From contig NC_058368.1 of the NCBI RefSeq assembly GCF_018350175.1, positions 180,794,001 through 180,858,000 of the forward strand: a stretch of DNA of 64,000 nt, read 5' to 3'. Origin of the DNA: Felis catus. Lineage: Eukaryota. Of the stretch, positions 49,028-61,035 are shown one piece after another. The translations under genes and the position numbers were made by a program. The first letter of the stretch is position 1. The number at the start of each line of letters is the position of its first letter. Under the pieces are notes generated by a model, which had not been told where the DNA came from, ran no database searches, and saw nothing but the letters and a program-made list of their open reading frames with translations.

Positions 49028-49686
49028 GATTATCTTGTAAAACAAATAGCAGAATATCACAACTAAGATGCCAATATTGATGCAGTGAAGACATACAACA
49101 TTTCCATCACCAGGAGGATCCCTCATATTGCCCTTCTGTAGCCATACCCACTTCTCCCCAACCCTTTTTAAAAACTGAAATTTACACACACAAATCTGAA
49201 GCATACAATTTGAAAAATTTTGATAAATACATATACCCACATAACTATCAGGATATAGACTTTCCATCACCCCAGACATTTCTCTTGTGCCCTTATCCTG
49301 TTAATCTCCAATGCCTCAACACCATGCTATGATTTCTACCACCATAAATTAGTTTTACATGTATTAATTCTATAAAGAGGATGATAAGTATACTATTTTG
49401 TAAATGACTTCTTTTGCTCAGAACATTTTTGAGATTCATCCACATTGTGTGTTTCATCTCTTTGTATTGCTGAATAATATTCCATTGTATGATAATATCA
49501 GAGTTTGCTTATCCATCCATTTGAGGATGGGCATTTGAGTTTGTTTCTGGTTAGTGGTTATTGAGAGCCAAAGTTGCTATTAACATTCATGCACTTATCT
49601 ACTCTTGAACATATACTTTTATTTTCTTCTGTTCTTGGGAGAAGGATTGCTGGGTATATATTTAATTGCATAAGAAAAAGCAAACT

Positions 49687-49896
49687 GGGGTGCCTGGGTG
49701 TCTCAGTAGGTTAAGCGGCTGACTCTTGATTTCGGCATAGGTCATGATCTCACAGTTCATGGCACAGAGCCCTACACTGGGCTCCATGCTGTGAGCTTGG
49801 GATTCTCTCTTACCCTCTCTCTCCCTCTATCTCTCTCTGCCCTTCCCTGGCTCACATACTCTCTCTCTCTCAAATAAACATTTAAAAAAATAATAA
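49687..49896 (+). mobile_element. Can-SINE
   Basis: ggggtgcctgggtgtctcagtaggttaagcggctgactcttgatttcggc...aaataaacatttaaaaaaa; short TSD aaactg. Confidence 0.93.
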
Positions 49897-51049
49897 AAAC
49901 TGTTGTCCAAAGTGACTGCCAGTTTATACTCTCAGCACCACTGTATGTGAGCTACTCTATATTCTTGCCAGTACTGGTCCTGTCAATGTTCTTAATTTTA
50001 GCCATTCTGGTAGATGTGAAATGACACCTAAGTGTTTTAATCTTTTCTACCCAAAGACATGGTAAAAAGAGGGTCCTGAGACACATTTTGCAATCTAATG
50101 TGTGGAGTAGACTTGTAGTCAGATCTCAGTCAAAGCTCTAGTTTCAGCATCTAGCTGGCAACACTAGACAAGGCTTGCAAGCTCAAGCTCTCCAGGTGCT
50201 TTTAATGGAGGTGGTCTTCCAACTTCACTTTGATAAACAGTGCTGGGGAATAAGTTCCATATATTTCTGATGTATCCCTTCCAGTGGAGTCCCTTTTAGG
50301 TTGTGATAAATACTTTCTTCATGCTTTGGTCACCCTGAGTTGAAAAAAGCGTTAACCTATGTCATGATCTCTAAATATTTTATAATTTTTATGCTATTGC
50401 CAGGAGAGATAAAATTGGCTGACAGGTCAGACCAGCCAGTTGGACATTTTTGCCTACTCTGCATGCTCCTGTTGAGAAAAACAATGTTTGGCCCATCAAT
50501 GGGCAACCTATTGACTCGCCGGCATGGTTCTTGGCAAGCACCCATGGACAGAAATGGATCAGAGCTGGTCCCCATACACTGACACAGGAGTCAGCAAGAG
50601 TACCTTGCCTGTCATCTGTGTTCAGCTAACTAAGCCCAAGCACCAAGAACTGCACGCCTGATTCTGTTCAGCTGTAAAGAATATGTATAAAGACAAATAT
50701 GTTACTGAAGTTTTGATGTGGAGAGATGTTATAATCAGATCCCTGAGCTAAAATGAAGCAGCCTTTCCTTTGCAGGGTGTGTTTAGATGATAAGGAGACA
50801 GAAATACGGAGACCCACCACTTGGCTACTCTATCAGCAAACACAGTTGGTCATGCGTATAAGCACAGGGACAAGATTACATAATAGGCATTATTGTAAAG
50901 CATTATGATAGACTTTCACGTGTGTTTTATTCTGACATCTTTCTGCTTTACGGTCGCACCTTGTATCTCTATATAGATACAGATATATCCTGAGAAAATT
51001 TGGTAGCAAGATGATGACCAGTAAAGAGAGGGAAAGGGGTGAGACAGAT

Positions 51050-51285
51050 GACATAGTGGGAAACACTGGGCTTGTCACCTGAAAGTTAACTCCCAACCTC
51101 CCCACTTATAAGCTGTAGGAGGGAATTTTATGGGCAAAATATTTAACATATTCAGGGTCCCAATTTCCTCATCTGTAATATGGAAATTGTGACATTTATT
51201 TTATAGGGCTACTGTAAGAAATCAATAAGCTGATGCTTGTGGAAGTCATCTAACCTGCAGCCTGAAACATTACCAGGACTCATAT
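51050..51285 (+). mobile_element. MIR remnant
   Basis: ccacttatagctgt...gggcaaaatatttaac...tttcctcatctgtaatatgga...atagggctactgtaag. Confidence 0.6.
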
Positions 51286-51779
51286 GTGGACTGAAACTGA
51301 CAACGTACACCATGGAGACATAATTCTATTTTGAAGCCACCCAAGCTGCCTTTCTACCTCACTGGCAGAGGTTCAGAGATTATATAGGTAATTTAAATTA
51401 TTTACGCATCAACTAATTCTATTTCTATTCGGATGCAAACCTCTTTTCTATTGGAAAAGAGGTGGCTGACAGACCAGGTGGTGTCTTCACATTGTGAATG
51501 AAAGCCTGAAAACATTCCACACTCTCCTCACGTAGCTTTGGTTAGAGTACAAGGGACAGACACTGGGTGGTGGTGGTGGTGGAATGCGTCTAAAATGTCT
51601 TAAATCCAGTAACAAGCTCTGAAGTCCAGCTGAGCCATTCTACCATTTCCTTGTTCTTTCTTTGTTACAGGAACATGGTAGGAATGCAAATTCTGATCTA
51701 GAAGGGACAGTAAACAAGTAAGCAAAATTCTGACTGATTTAAAAGTGGATTTACAAGAAGGGAGCAGGGAGCAGGTGCT

Positions 51780-52370
51780 TCTGCTTGGGTAAGGTGAAGC
51801 AAGAGACTTCACATCTGAACTGGCTATTGAAGGATGGGTTGGAGTTCACCAGATAGTTGAGGAAAAAGAGAGCCCTGGGTACTGCAAAGAGGGTGAAGGA
51901 TGAGAAGTTGAAGGTGGCTGGGATGTTATATTTAAACATGGGGAGGGGGAAATGAGATCAGACAGGTAGACCAAGTAGAGTGCAAGGGCTTTCCTTAGAC
52001 TTGTCACTTCCTTGAGGGCAGAATATATGTGTCATTTGCCTTTGTGTTTCAGCATCTGGCACAGATCCAGGCTGAGAAATAGCATGGTTGGATTGGGTTT
52101 TACAAAGATAGTGGTGATTAACACCAATTAGGTGGATGGGCTGGAAAACAGAGAGGCTGGAGTCCAGGAGCTAGTTTGGAGAATGTTTCTCTAGACCCAG
52201 CTACAGATGATGAGGTCTGAACTAGGGCAGCAGAGTGGACTTGAAGAACCAGGGGAACAGTTAAAGAATACTAAGGAAGAGGAGTAACAGAAATGGGAGA
52301 TGAACTGGTTATGGGCCATAAGGGATAGGGAAGAAGTGAGGGTGACTACACATTTTTAGTGAGGGAACTC
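51780..52370 (-). mobile_element. L2 remnants
   Basis: ttgaaggatgggttggagttcaccagatag...gagaggctggagtccaggag...gatgatgaggtctgaactagggcagcag. Confidence 0.55.
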
Positions 52371-52529
52371 AAACAGACCATTCTAATAGAACCTAAAAGA
52401 TCATTTGTTGGTCTTACTTTTCTCTTTCACCATAAAGACAGTTCCCATTTCATGATTTATTTCATTTTCAATATTGTAGTCTTTCTTCCATGGCTTTCCT
52501 TGTACCCTGGCAATTCTGACTAACAGGAA

Positions 52530-53000
52530 TTTAGAAAAGTGGTCAGAAAGTCAGACACATCTGAGTGTACATCTGAGTCTGGTGCTCAAAAGCTTTCAGG
52601 GGCACCTCGGTGACTCAGTAGGTTAAGTGTCCGACTTCAGCTCAGGTCATGATCTCACAGTTCATGGGTTTGAGCCCTGCATTGGGCTCCATGCTAACAG
52701 CTCAGAGCCTGGAGCCTGCTTTGAATTCTGTGGCTCCCTCTCTCTCTCTGCCCCACCCCTGTTCATACTCTGTCTCTCAAAAATAAACAAACATTAAAAA
52801 AGAATAAAAAATAAAAACCTTCAGACCAGAGAAAGTTCTTTGATGCCCTCAGTCTTTTACTTCCTCATTTGTAAAGTAGGGATACTACTATTACTCTTCT
52901 CACCGGGTTGTCTTCATGAAGAGTTTATGGGGTCATGTATGTAACAGCCTGTGTACAATGTCTTGCTCATAGTAAGTGCTCAATGAATGTTAACCACTGT
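52530..53000 (+). mobile_element. MIR interrupted by a SINE
   Basis: agtcagacacatctgagt...ttcctcatttgtaaagtagggatacta...catagtaagtgctcaatgaatgtta. Confidence 0.7.
52599..52813 (+). mobile_element. Can-SINE
   Basis: ggggcacctcggtgactcagtaggttaagtgtccgacttcagctcaggtcatgatctcacag...; decayed TSD aaaagctttcag / aaaaaccttcag. Confidence 0.95.
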
Positions 53001-53149
53001 TTTTTTTTATTGTTTTTCTCTTTGGGTTTGTTGTTGTTATTGTTGTTATTATTATTGTAGTCACGTGTCATGGTCATTTAGCACATTTTCTGAGATACAT
53101 TAAGAGCTTTCCTCTTCCTTTCAGGCTTCCCATCTATGATAGCATGATT

Positions 53150-53335
53150 GCCCTTTCAACCTGCACTTGCCAAACCATAAGACACATGAATCATCTAGGT
53201 CATCTTGTCTAACTCAAGATACAGAATCTAATTTGAGAAGTCTGGGGTAGGGTCTGAGAGGCTGGATTTATCACAAGCTCCAGGGATGCCAATGTGCAGG
53301 TCTGTGGACCACACTTTAGGGAACAAGGATCTGGA
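53150..53335. mobile_element. MER5-like hAT-Charlie remnant
   Basis: gaatcatctagg...gtctggggtagggtctgaga...acaagctccagggatgccaatg...tggaccacacttt. Confidence 0.7.
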
Positions 53336-55796
53336 TTCTCTAGACAATTCTAGAGAGGAGAGAAAAACTCAGACTGTAACCAGATTTTTTTTTTCATGTA
53401 TGTAATTCACATTGACGAGGAAATACTTCCTGTTAGAGCAAATAGCTTCACTGGAACTACATCCTTTGTTTTCCCATCTACGCAGTTAACTCCTGTGAAT
53501 GGGACCAACTCAAGTTTACCTTGTGTTTTGAGACTTTGAAATACTTAGAACTGAAATGGGCGATGAAAAAAACAAGTTCTATTTATTTTGTACACGGCAA
53601 GTGAAATCCTTGCACATCCAAATGTAATAAATATATTTTTCAATGTCTGTTCCATAATTTATCACACAATTTCTCTCTCTGCTTACTGTGGCTTATCATC
53701 AGGACAACACCAATTGGATAAGATGAAGACGCTGCCAGTAATTTTTAATATTATGGTGAAATCATATATTTTCCTAGATGGTTGATTTGATACAAGGCCT
53801 AAGCCCTGGTCCATAAATCTTTGGATGCTTGAGATTTGTAGTAATTTCATATTTAATCTTTAGCCTATCAATATATCATCAGGACCTGAGAAATGATTAA
53901 GAAGAACTTGGGAGATAAGCATGGGTGGTTGTGGATAATAACCTAATTCCAGATACATTTATAGACAGAGGACCGTGGGATGGGCAAAATAAGTCAGGTA
54001 TTTTTTCCCCCTCGTATTGTTGATGATTTTTATTTAACTCCTAACTTGCACATTGGGCTCCTTAAGGATGTTTTCTTAGGCTTTATAGATGCTGTCATGT
54101 TGTGAATGCCAATAAATGCAAAACAAAACAAAAAACAAACAAAAAAACCCACCCCAAAACAAAACAACCCACCACTGTTGCTTTTCTGGAAATTTTATCT
54201 AATTAAAGCCTTATATTTGAGTTTTAAGATCTCCCTCAATTATATACCTTCTAGAGTGTAGGCCTTTCCAAGGGCGTGGTTGGAGGATATATATACTCTC
54301 AAGGCTATGGCTTTGCTTCATTCACTGCTGTACCCCTAATACTGAGAGTACATGACACATAACAAGTATATTTTGAGTGACTGAATGTTTCTCACTCATT
54401 TATCAGAAGTCGCCAAGAGTCCCTTGGAAAACACAGCATTTTTGCTTGCATAGTCTGGTGTCAACTTGAATTGTTGAGATCCTTCTCCCAGATCATTTCT
54501 TGTTGGAAGGACCCATCCCAGAAAAATCCTTGGAGGCTCTGAAATGCAGACACCTTGATATCATTCCCCTGACTTCCACCTTTACAACTCAACAGTCAGC
54601 TGAGACTCAGACAGGAGAGAGCTACCTCATATTGGCCTTGAATCGTCTGAAAAAAAAAAAAAAAACCAGTGTCTTGATTTATTCCACTTTGAGTCACCAC
54701 GATCTTGTGGGAATTTAGGAAACACAAATAAACTCGAAATAGAAATGGTTGTGATCCCTTCTCCCTCCAAGAGCCCTCCCTGGATCTATCACCAATGCAC
54801 TCTGATAAGCACTCAAACGTTTTTAGTTTACTTCTCATAAATTCTTCCCCACCTTCCATTCTCTACACTTTCTATAAGGGGATTTCAGGAAGTAGACACA
54901 GAAACCGCAGCTTCTTTCCAAACAAAATGTATCAACCCTGAAGCTTCAGACCCATGCTGCTCTCTGAAAATGGTTTTCTCTCAGGCCAGGAGATCACCTC
55001 CGTCTCCCCCTCTGGGAATCCAGGGAAACCTGAGCTCTTCTCCCTCACTTAGAAGAAAAGCCATAGAATAATGTGTCCTTAAACTATAATTTGCTTGCAT
55101 TCGGCAGTTTCCTATCCAGCACCACAATAGTCTTCTATGTAAATCAGATTTATTTATTCATAGGCACTAGTATTCCATTACTTTCATCAAAACCAGTCAA
55201 GCTGCATTCAGCGGTTTCTGCATTCGTATAAACTAACTGGAAAAGCAATTAACATTCGCCAGCACTTTAGATAGTGGGGAGAGGGTGAGGGACCCCACCA
55301 CATTCTTGATAACACAACCTCTGTAGGCGGATGGCAGTGCAAAATGACTGCTCCTCTGTGTCAAGGGAGATAAGAGAAGTGACACAGATTAAAACAAATT
55401 GTTGATCCATACCAGGGAGAAGCTAGGGAAACAATAGAAGTAAAAGCATAAATGTCAATTTGGGATGATAAAGGATACAATCTAAATGTAATATGAGAGG
55501 CCCCCAGACAAAAGCAAGAAATAGAGATTGCACATTAGTGAAGTATCAAAGTACTGGAACATTATAACACACACGCGCGCACACGCGGAGTCATATGCTC
55601 CCGGCATATGAAAATACAAGCAACACATTGTTGATTGCTCAGCAAACCCAATTATGAATTAACTGGCTATTGCAGAAATTCTCCAAAATTATGCTCATTT
55701 CAAGCTGCTCGGAAGAACATTTTGTCCCTGTGGTAAGTTTGCTTCCCATATTGGCTTCCTTTCTTCTGCTTCTTTTTTCTTTTAAGTGCCTACAGG

Positions 55797-55798
<2 letters not shown>

Positions 55799-55832
<34 letters not shown>
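55799..55832. repeat. (AC)17 microsatellite
   Basis: Uninterrupted AC run. Confidence 0.97.
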
Positions 55833-55834
<2 letters not shown>

Positions 55835-56709
55835 CTGCCTTGATTGTGAGCCTAACGGGAGGTTCTGGCCAAATGCTCACCGGTCTCTCTGATAGAAAGA
55901 CTAAGAGAGAGGTCAAGCCACAAGGTTAAGATCTCAGCTTCCAAAACACTGCCACGTGGCTCCTGCCTCCCTTCCTGGTAGCGTGCTAGATAAGTCAAAG
56001 TCTGAGAATTCGTTCCTACTAACTACTCTAGTATCATTTCTAGTCCTGTTGTTATGGTGACAAAAATCAAACCATGGGCTCAGCTGTGCTCCATCTAATA
56101 TTATCAGTGAAACTTGCTAATATAGCAGGTGGAGCTTATGGGGTGTGTGCAGGTGGCAATGTGTCCCACCCCCCTGCCCTAGTCTGCAGCTCATTCCTGA
56201 TGGGCCTCAAATGTCAGCGTGGTTATTAATTACAAGAGTGGTCAGCACGATGCAGGGGGGCCTGGGAATTGGCCACATTCTGGAAAAGTTCTGTGTTTGC
56301 TCAACACACATCTCAGCACCTCCTTTTATGGACCAGTGGTAACTGTTCTTATTCACTCAATTTAATTGTTTTGTTTTAATGAGAAAGGAATATAGACAAA
56401 CCCTTCTTTATCTCCCCAATGCAATGCCAAAAATGCATATAGAAACCAATGATTTGAAAGGCAGGCTATGTGTTGTTTTATTATTATTTAAGCTTCCTTG
56501 AGCACTAACTTTGTGCTAAGTACTATAGTACTATACTAAATATCACACATCAGTGAACAGGAGCAGTCATTGTCCTCTCCAGCCAGTAATAACAACATTA
56601 ACCACAGTAGTGATAATATATGGGTATGGTTACAAAAAAATTCTTCACTTTACAAAATAATTTGCCACAAGGTGTCCTTATACAGACTTTCCTCAACATA
56701 TTGGAAATA

Positions 56710-56893
56710 TTTTTTTTAAAGTTTTATTCATTTTGAGAGAGAGAGAGAGGCAGAGAGGAGAGAGCGAATCCCAAGCAGGCTCTGTACTGCCAGTGCAGAG
56801 CCCAATGCGGGACTTGAACTCATCAACCCTGAGATCATGACCTGAGCCAAAACTAAGAGTCAGATCACCTGATACTGAGCCACCCAGGCACCC
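56710..56893 (-). mobile_element. Can-SINE, no clear TSD
   Basis: gaatcccaagcaggctctgt...gagatcatgacctgagcc...actgagccacccaggcaccc. Confidence 0.93.
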
Positions 56894-59203
56894 ACACATC
56901 CTTCTTCCTACTCCCTTATCTGAAGTGGAAATAAAGTCCTTAAACTTAGCAACTATTATTTTAAAATTACCTGTTATTTATTACCCATTATTATTAAAAA
57001 TTACCTATTATTTAAAAATGACTTTACTTGGCTTCTTAGGGAATATTCTCTTGGGCTAGAACAAGGATTTGCAAATTACCCTGGATTCTACGGGCAACTG
57101 GCTGGGTGAGCAAGTCTTTTACTCTACCTTAGTTTCCATATTATAATTTAGGAATGAGGGAAAAGGAGGAGGAGGAGGAGGAAAACAAAGCTCCTCTGAG
57201 AATTCCTCCTTTCAAAGAATTGTCAGGTGCTTCTGATGCCTGATGGCATCAAAGATGGGCCCTCCACAGTTTGAAAGGCACTGGCACAGCATCCCCCTTC
57301 AGGAAAAGGTTTTCCTTCCTACCCTCTTCTAACCCCTTCCCTACACATCTCTGCACACAGGCCCTGAGTGAGAAAGCCAACTCAGCTCTTTAAGTAACAA
57401 CAACAATGCTGAAATCACAGCCTTGGATGCTGCTATTCTGTGGATGGCAGAAGGCTGGGCAGGTGGTTTGCTCACCCTGAGAAGGAACTGAACTGCCCCG
57501 TCAAAGGCAGTGGACCACTGAGAATAAGTAAGGCCTCCCAAGGATTTTCTTTTTCTCTTTTCTTTTTCTTTCTTTCTTTCTTTTTCTGTCTTACTTTTTT
57601 TTTTTTAATCTGTTCTAGCACCTCCCTCCCTCTCAGGATGAGCCTAGCTCTGCACACTGGCGTCTCAACCTTTCAAGGTGAACCTCTACTCCTGGAGATG
57701 TGCTTCCCAGCAAAGGCTGGGGGAGAAGGGAGGGAGGGGGTCCAGATCAAAGCCGGCTTTGAAGTGAGTATAATTTTTGGAATGTTGCTAAGAGTGTAAC
57801 ACACAGTTCAGCAGGAAATTGGCTCTGGAAACAGCTTTGTAGTTGCTCCCCGGGACTGATGATTTCCCTGACCTGGTGGCAAAGGTGCGGAGCGGAACAG
57901 TGGGGGAGATGAAGATTGCCGACTCTCACCGATCTGATTTAAATTTTTCCAACCAGGTCCTTTGGCTCTGACTCGCTGAACAAATGTGTAGTACAATGAA
58001 GGCTGAAACAAACCCCAAGAGAAACTGGGGCTCTTTCAACAGCTTCTGAGCAGGTCCCAGGACTGGACAGGAAAGACAGTACGAACATTTTGCTTTCCGT
58101 AGCAGATTGGATAAAGGTATGTGGTAACGCAAATAGCGACCGTTCATTGTTGATTATGTGTCAGACCCTCTGCTCAGTGGCATTCAGCATCAAGTGACAG
58201 TCCACAGAAAGTGCTTCAAGGGTACCTGGCGCACAGCACGTGTTCAATATAAGTTATCAGCTTCTTCAATCCTCATCACAAACCTGTAAATTAGCTACTT
58301 TTTTGTACTCATTTTACAGATTACAAGTAGACTTACTTCCCCAAGATCAGATAAAATGGCAGCATAAGTAATCAAAAGCATACCGGTCAAAATCTGAACC
58401 CACATTTCATACTTATATACCATATGTCTTGCATACAGAGCAAGCACAGTTAACAGTAAGGTCCATTTTAGAACAATTCATGCCCTCCAAATTAAGGAAA
58501 TACTGGAGTTTCATAAAATAAAATCCTGAGTATGTTTTCCTATAGAAAAAAAAATAGAAGACAGATAGGCTTTCTTGTTAGTACACAAGTTTTCCTCTCT
58601 CAGGGACGCTGTGAGGGCTGCTCTTTTGGTTTATGCTTTTAATTTCCGTTGTTGTTATTGTAGTAAGGGGAGGGACTACAGAGTGGGGATTAGTGTATAA
58701 TTGGTGAATCGATACAGGGGAACAAAAGATTTTTCTGGGAAGGGGAGATCTAGCTGCACGCTTTGAATATCAGGGGAGTAAGAGAGGCCAACGCCAGCAG
58801 AAGGGAGCTGGTAGTTGGTGGGGTGTGTAGAGGAGAAAAGAAATTCAATATGGAGCAAACTTCATCCAACAGGAGGAGAAAAGACACTTCCAAGAACGGA
58901 TTCAGACACCTTAAATGAAAGCTTGGTTGGGATGAGATGTGACCATATGTTGTCAGGGATTTAATTTCTTCCTTTTCCTCCTATCTCTCCAACTCCCTTC
59001 TCTGTCGCTGTGGACTGAAATCACTTTGACAACACTATGTCTACTTGTCCTTCATGTGTAATTTGGGCTCTACCTCTTCTTGCATTAATGGACCTTGAGA
59101 AGTTAGCACCTCAGGGCCAGGAATAAACTGAAGCTTCTCTTTCCCATCATTTTATGCTGTTTTCTTTGCAGCCAAACGGGGAATGAGTGTGACCTGAAGG
59201 GTG

Positions 59204-60144
59204 GGTGGTAGGTGCAATAACAGCCCCCTAAAGATGCCCATGTCCCCATCCCCAGAACCTGTGACTATGATAGGTTACAAGGTGTTATGAGTTGAATTGT
59301 GTCCTCTCCCCACACCCCACACAAAGTATGTTGAAATTCTAACCCCTAATACCTCAGATGATTCTGTAGACATAACTAGTTACGATGAGGTCATATTCGA
59401 GCAGAGTGGGCTCTTGATCCAATAAGAATGATGTCCTTTTAGGGAAAAGGCTTTGTGAAGATACAGAGACACTGAGAGAACACTATGTGACCATGAAGTC
59501 AGAGCTTGGAGTTCCTACAAAGCCCAGGAACGCAGAAGATTGCTGGCAAGCTACCAGAAGCTAGGGAGTGGTGGGGGAAGTCTCCTCTACAGGTTTCAGA
59601 GAGAGCATGGTCCTACTGACATCTTGGTACTTAGACTTCTAGGCTTTAGAGTTGTGAGCCAATGAATTTCTCTTATTATAACCACCTAGTTTGTGGCACT
59701 TCCTTATGGGAGACCTAGAAAAGTGATAAGGATGGCAAGGGGGAATGAAGGCTGCAGATGGAATTATGGTTGCTAATCAGCTGTCTTTAAGATGGCAAAT
59801 TATCCTGGGTTATCTGGGTGAGCTAAGTATAACCATAAGGGTTTTTATAAGTGGGAGAAGGAAGCAGAGACATGGCATGAAAAAGACTCAGCCTGACACT
59901 GCTGGTTTTGAAGATGGAAGAAGGAGCCATGAGCCAAGGAATCCCCTACAAGATAGAAGAGACAAGGGAACAGATTCTTCCCTAGAGCCTTCAGAAGGAA
60001 TGCAGCCCTACTGACACATTGACTTTAGCCTCTTCAACTTATTTCAGACTTCTTACTTGCATAATTGCAAGATAATAAATTTTGTGTTGTGATAAGCCAC
60101 TAAAATGTGGTAATTTTTTACAGTAGCCATAGGGAACTGAAACA
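59204..60144 (+). mobile_element. MaLR solo LTR (MLT1D-like) interrupted by a second LTR
   Basis: gtggtaggtgcaataacagccccctaaagatgcccatgtcc...gaacctgtga resumes at atggcaagggggaatgaaggctgcagatggaatt...ttctccctagagccttcagaaggaatgcagccc...agggaactgaaaca. Confidence 0.85.
59283..59728 (+). mobile_element. Nested MaLR solo LTR (MLT1B/C-like)
   Basis: tgttatgagttgaattgtgtcc...tatgttgaaattctaacccctaatacctcag...gatgaggtcata...accagaagctagg...tagtttgtggcactt. Confidence 0.85.
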
Positions 60145-60234
60145 GGGGGTGATGCTGCACCTGCACAAGGAAAACTCAGAGTCAGGCATGCCCCAGACCA
60201 AGTACAATATAGTAGAAATGGGAAAACTCAATCT

Positions 60235-60725
60235 CTTTTTAAAATATTTTTTAGGGGCGCCTGGGTGGCGCAGTCGGTTAAGCGTCCGACTTCAGCCAGG
60301 TCACGATCTCGTGGTCCGTGAGTTCGAGCCCCGCGTCGGGCTCTGGGCTGATGGCTCAGAGCCTGGAGCCTGTTTCTGATTCTGTGTCTCCCTCTCTCTC
60401 TGGCCCTCCCCCGTTCATGCTCTGTCTCTCTCTGTCCCCAAAATAAATAAACGTTGAAAAAAATTTTTTTTAAAAATAAAAATAAAATATTTTTAAAAAA
60501 ACGTTTATTCATTTAGAGAGAGAGAGAAAAATAACACATGAGCAGGGGAGGGACGGGTGGGGGGGAGAGGGAGAGGGAGAGGGAGAGGGAGAGGGAGAGA
60601 AAATATATCCCAAGCAGGACATGCTGTCAGCTCAGAGCCTGATGTAGGGCTCGATCTTACGAGCCTTGAGATCATGACCTGAGCTGAAAGCAGACACTTA
60701 ACCAACTGAGCCACCCATGTGCCCC
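60235..60725 (-). mobile_element. Older Can-SINE whose tail contains a younger SINE
   Basis: gagatcatgacctgagctgaa...cttaaccaactgagccacccatgtgcccc; 15-bp TSD GGGAAAACTCAATCT at 60220 and 60727. Confidence 0.95.
60254..60482 (+). mobile_element. Very young feline Can-SINE
   Basis: ggggcgcctgggtggcgcagtcggttaagcgtccgacttcagccaggtcacgatctc...gttcgagccccgcgtcgggctctgggctgatggctc; CpGs retained; TSD TAAAATATTTTT (60240, 60483). Confidence 0.98.
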
Positions 60726-60837
60726 AGGGAAAACTCAATCTTGGTTGAGCCCCCACTTCACCCCCTTTACACCTACCTGGATCTTCAGTTCAAGGCACAG
60801 AGAGGATGGCCTCTTCTTATACATGTAACAAGAGTAG

Positions 60838-61035
60838 TACTAACAACAATAGCTGCTCACATGTACTGATTTCTCACCAGACACAGGTGCCATTCTTAGC
60901 ACTTACATGATTCCTTGCTATAATCTTAGTATTAGGTCCTGCCCTTATTTCCACCAAACTGATGAGGACACAAAGGCAAAAGATATTAAAAACAGAAAAC
61001 TTGACCTAAGTTACACAGATAGTCAGTGGAGCCTT
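60838..61035 (-). mobile_element. MIR remnant
   Basis: aacaacaatagct...atgtactga...ttagcacttacatg...gatgaggacacaaaggc...acttgacctaagttacacag. Confidence 0.6.

Larger units (their letters stand above)
48715..50040 (-). mobile_element. Old L1M fragments (MC-like then MD/ME-like) hosting two SINEs
   Basis: ttgtaagaataatgcagaga...ccagtttccccc...atttccatcacca...; ttgagattcatccacattgtg...ttgctgaataatattccattgtatg...ttaattttagccattctggtag. Confidence 0.8.

Noticed and set aside
57855..57938. C/D snoRNA-like arrangement (cTGATGA ... CTGA about 80 nt apart)
   Set aside because: Imperfect C box, no terminal stem, and antisense to the host intron.
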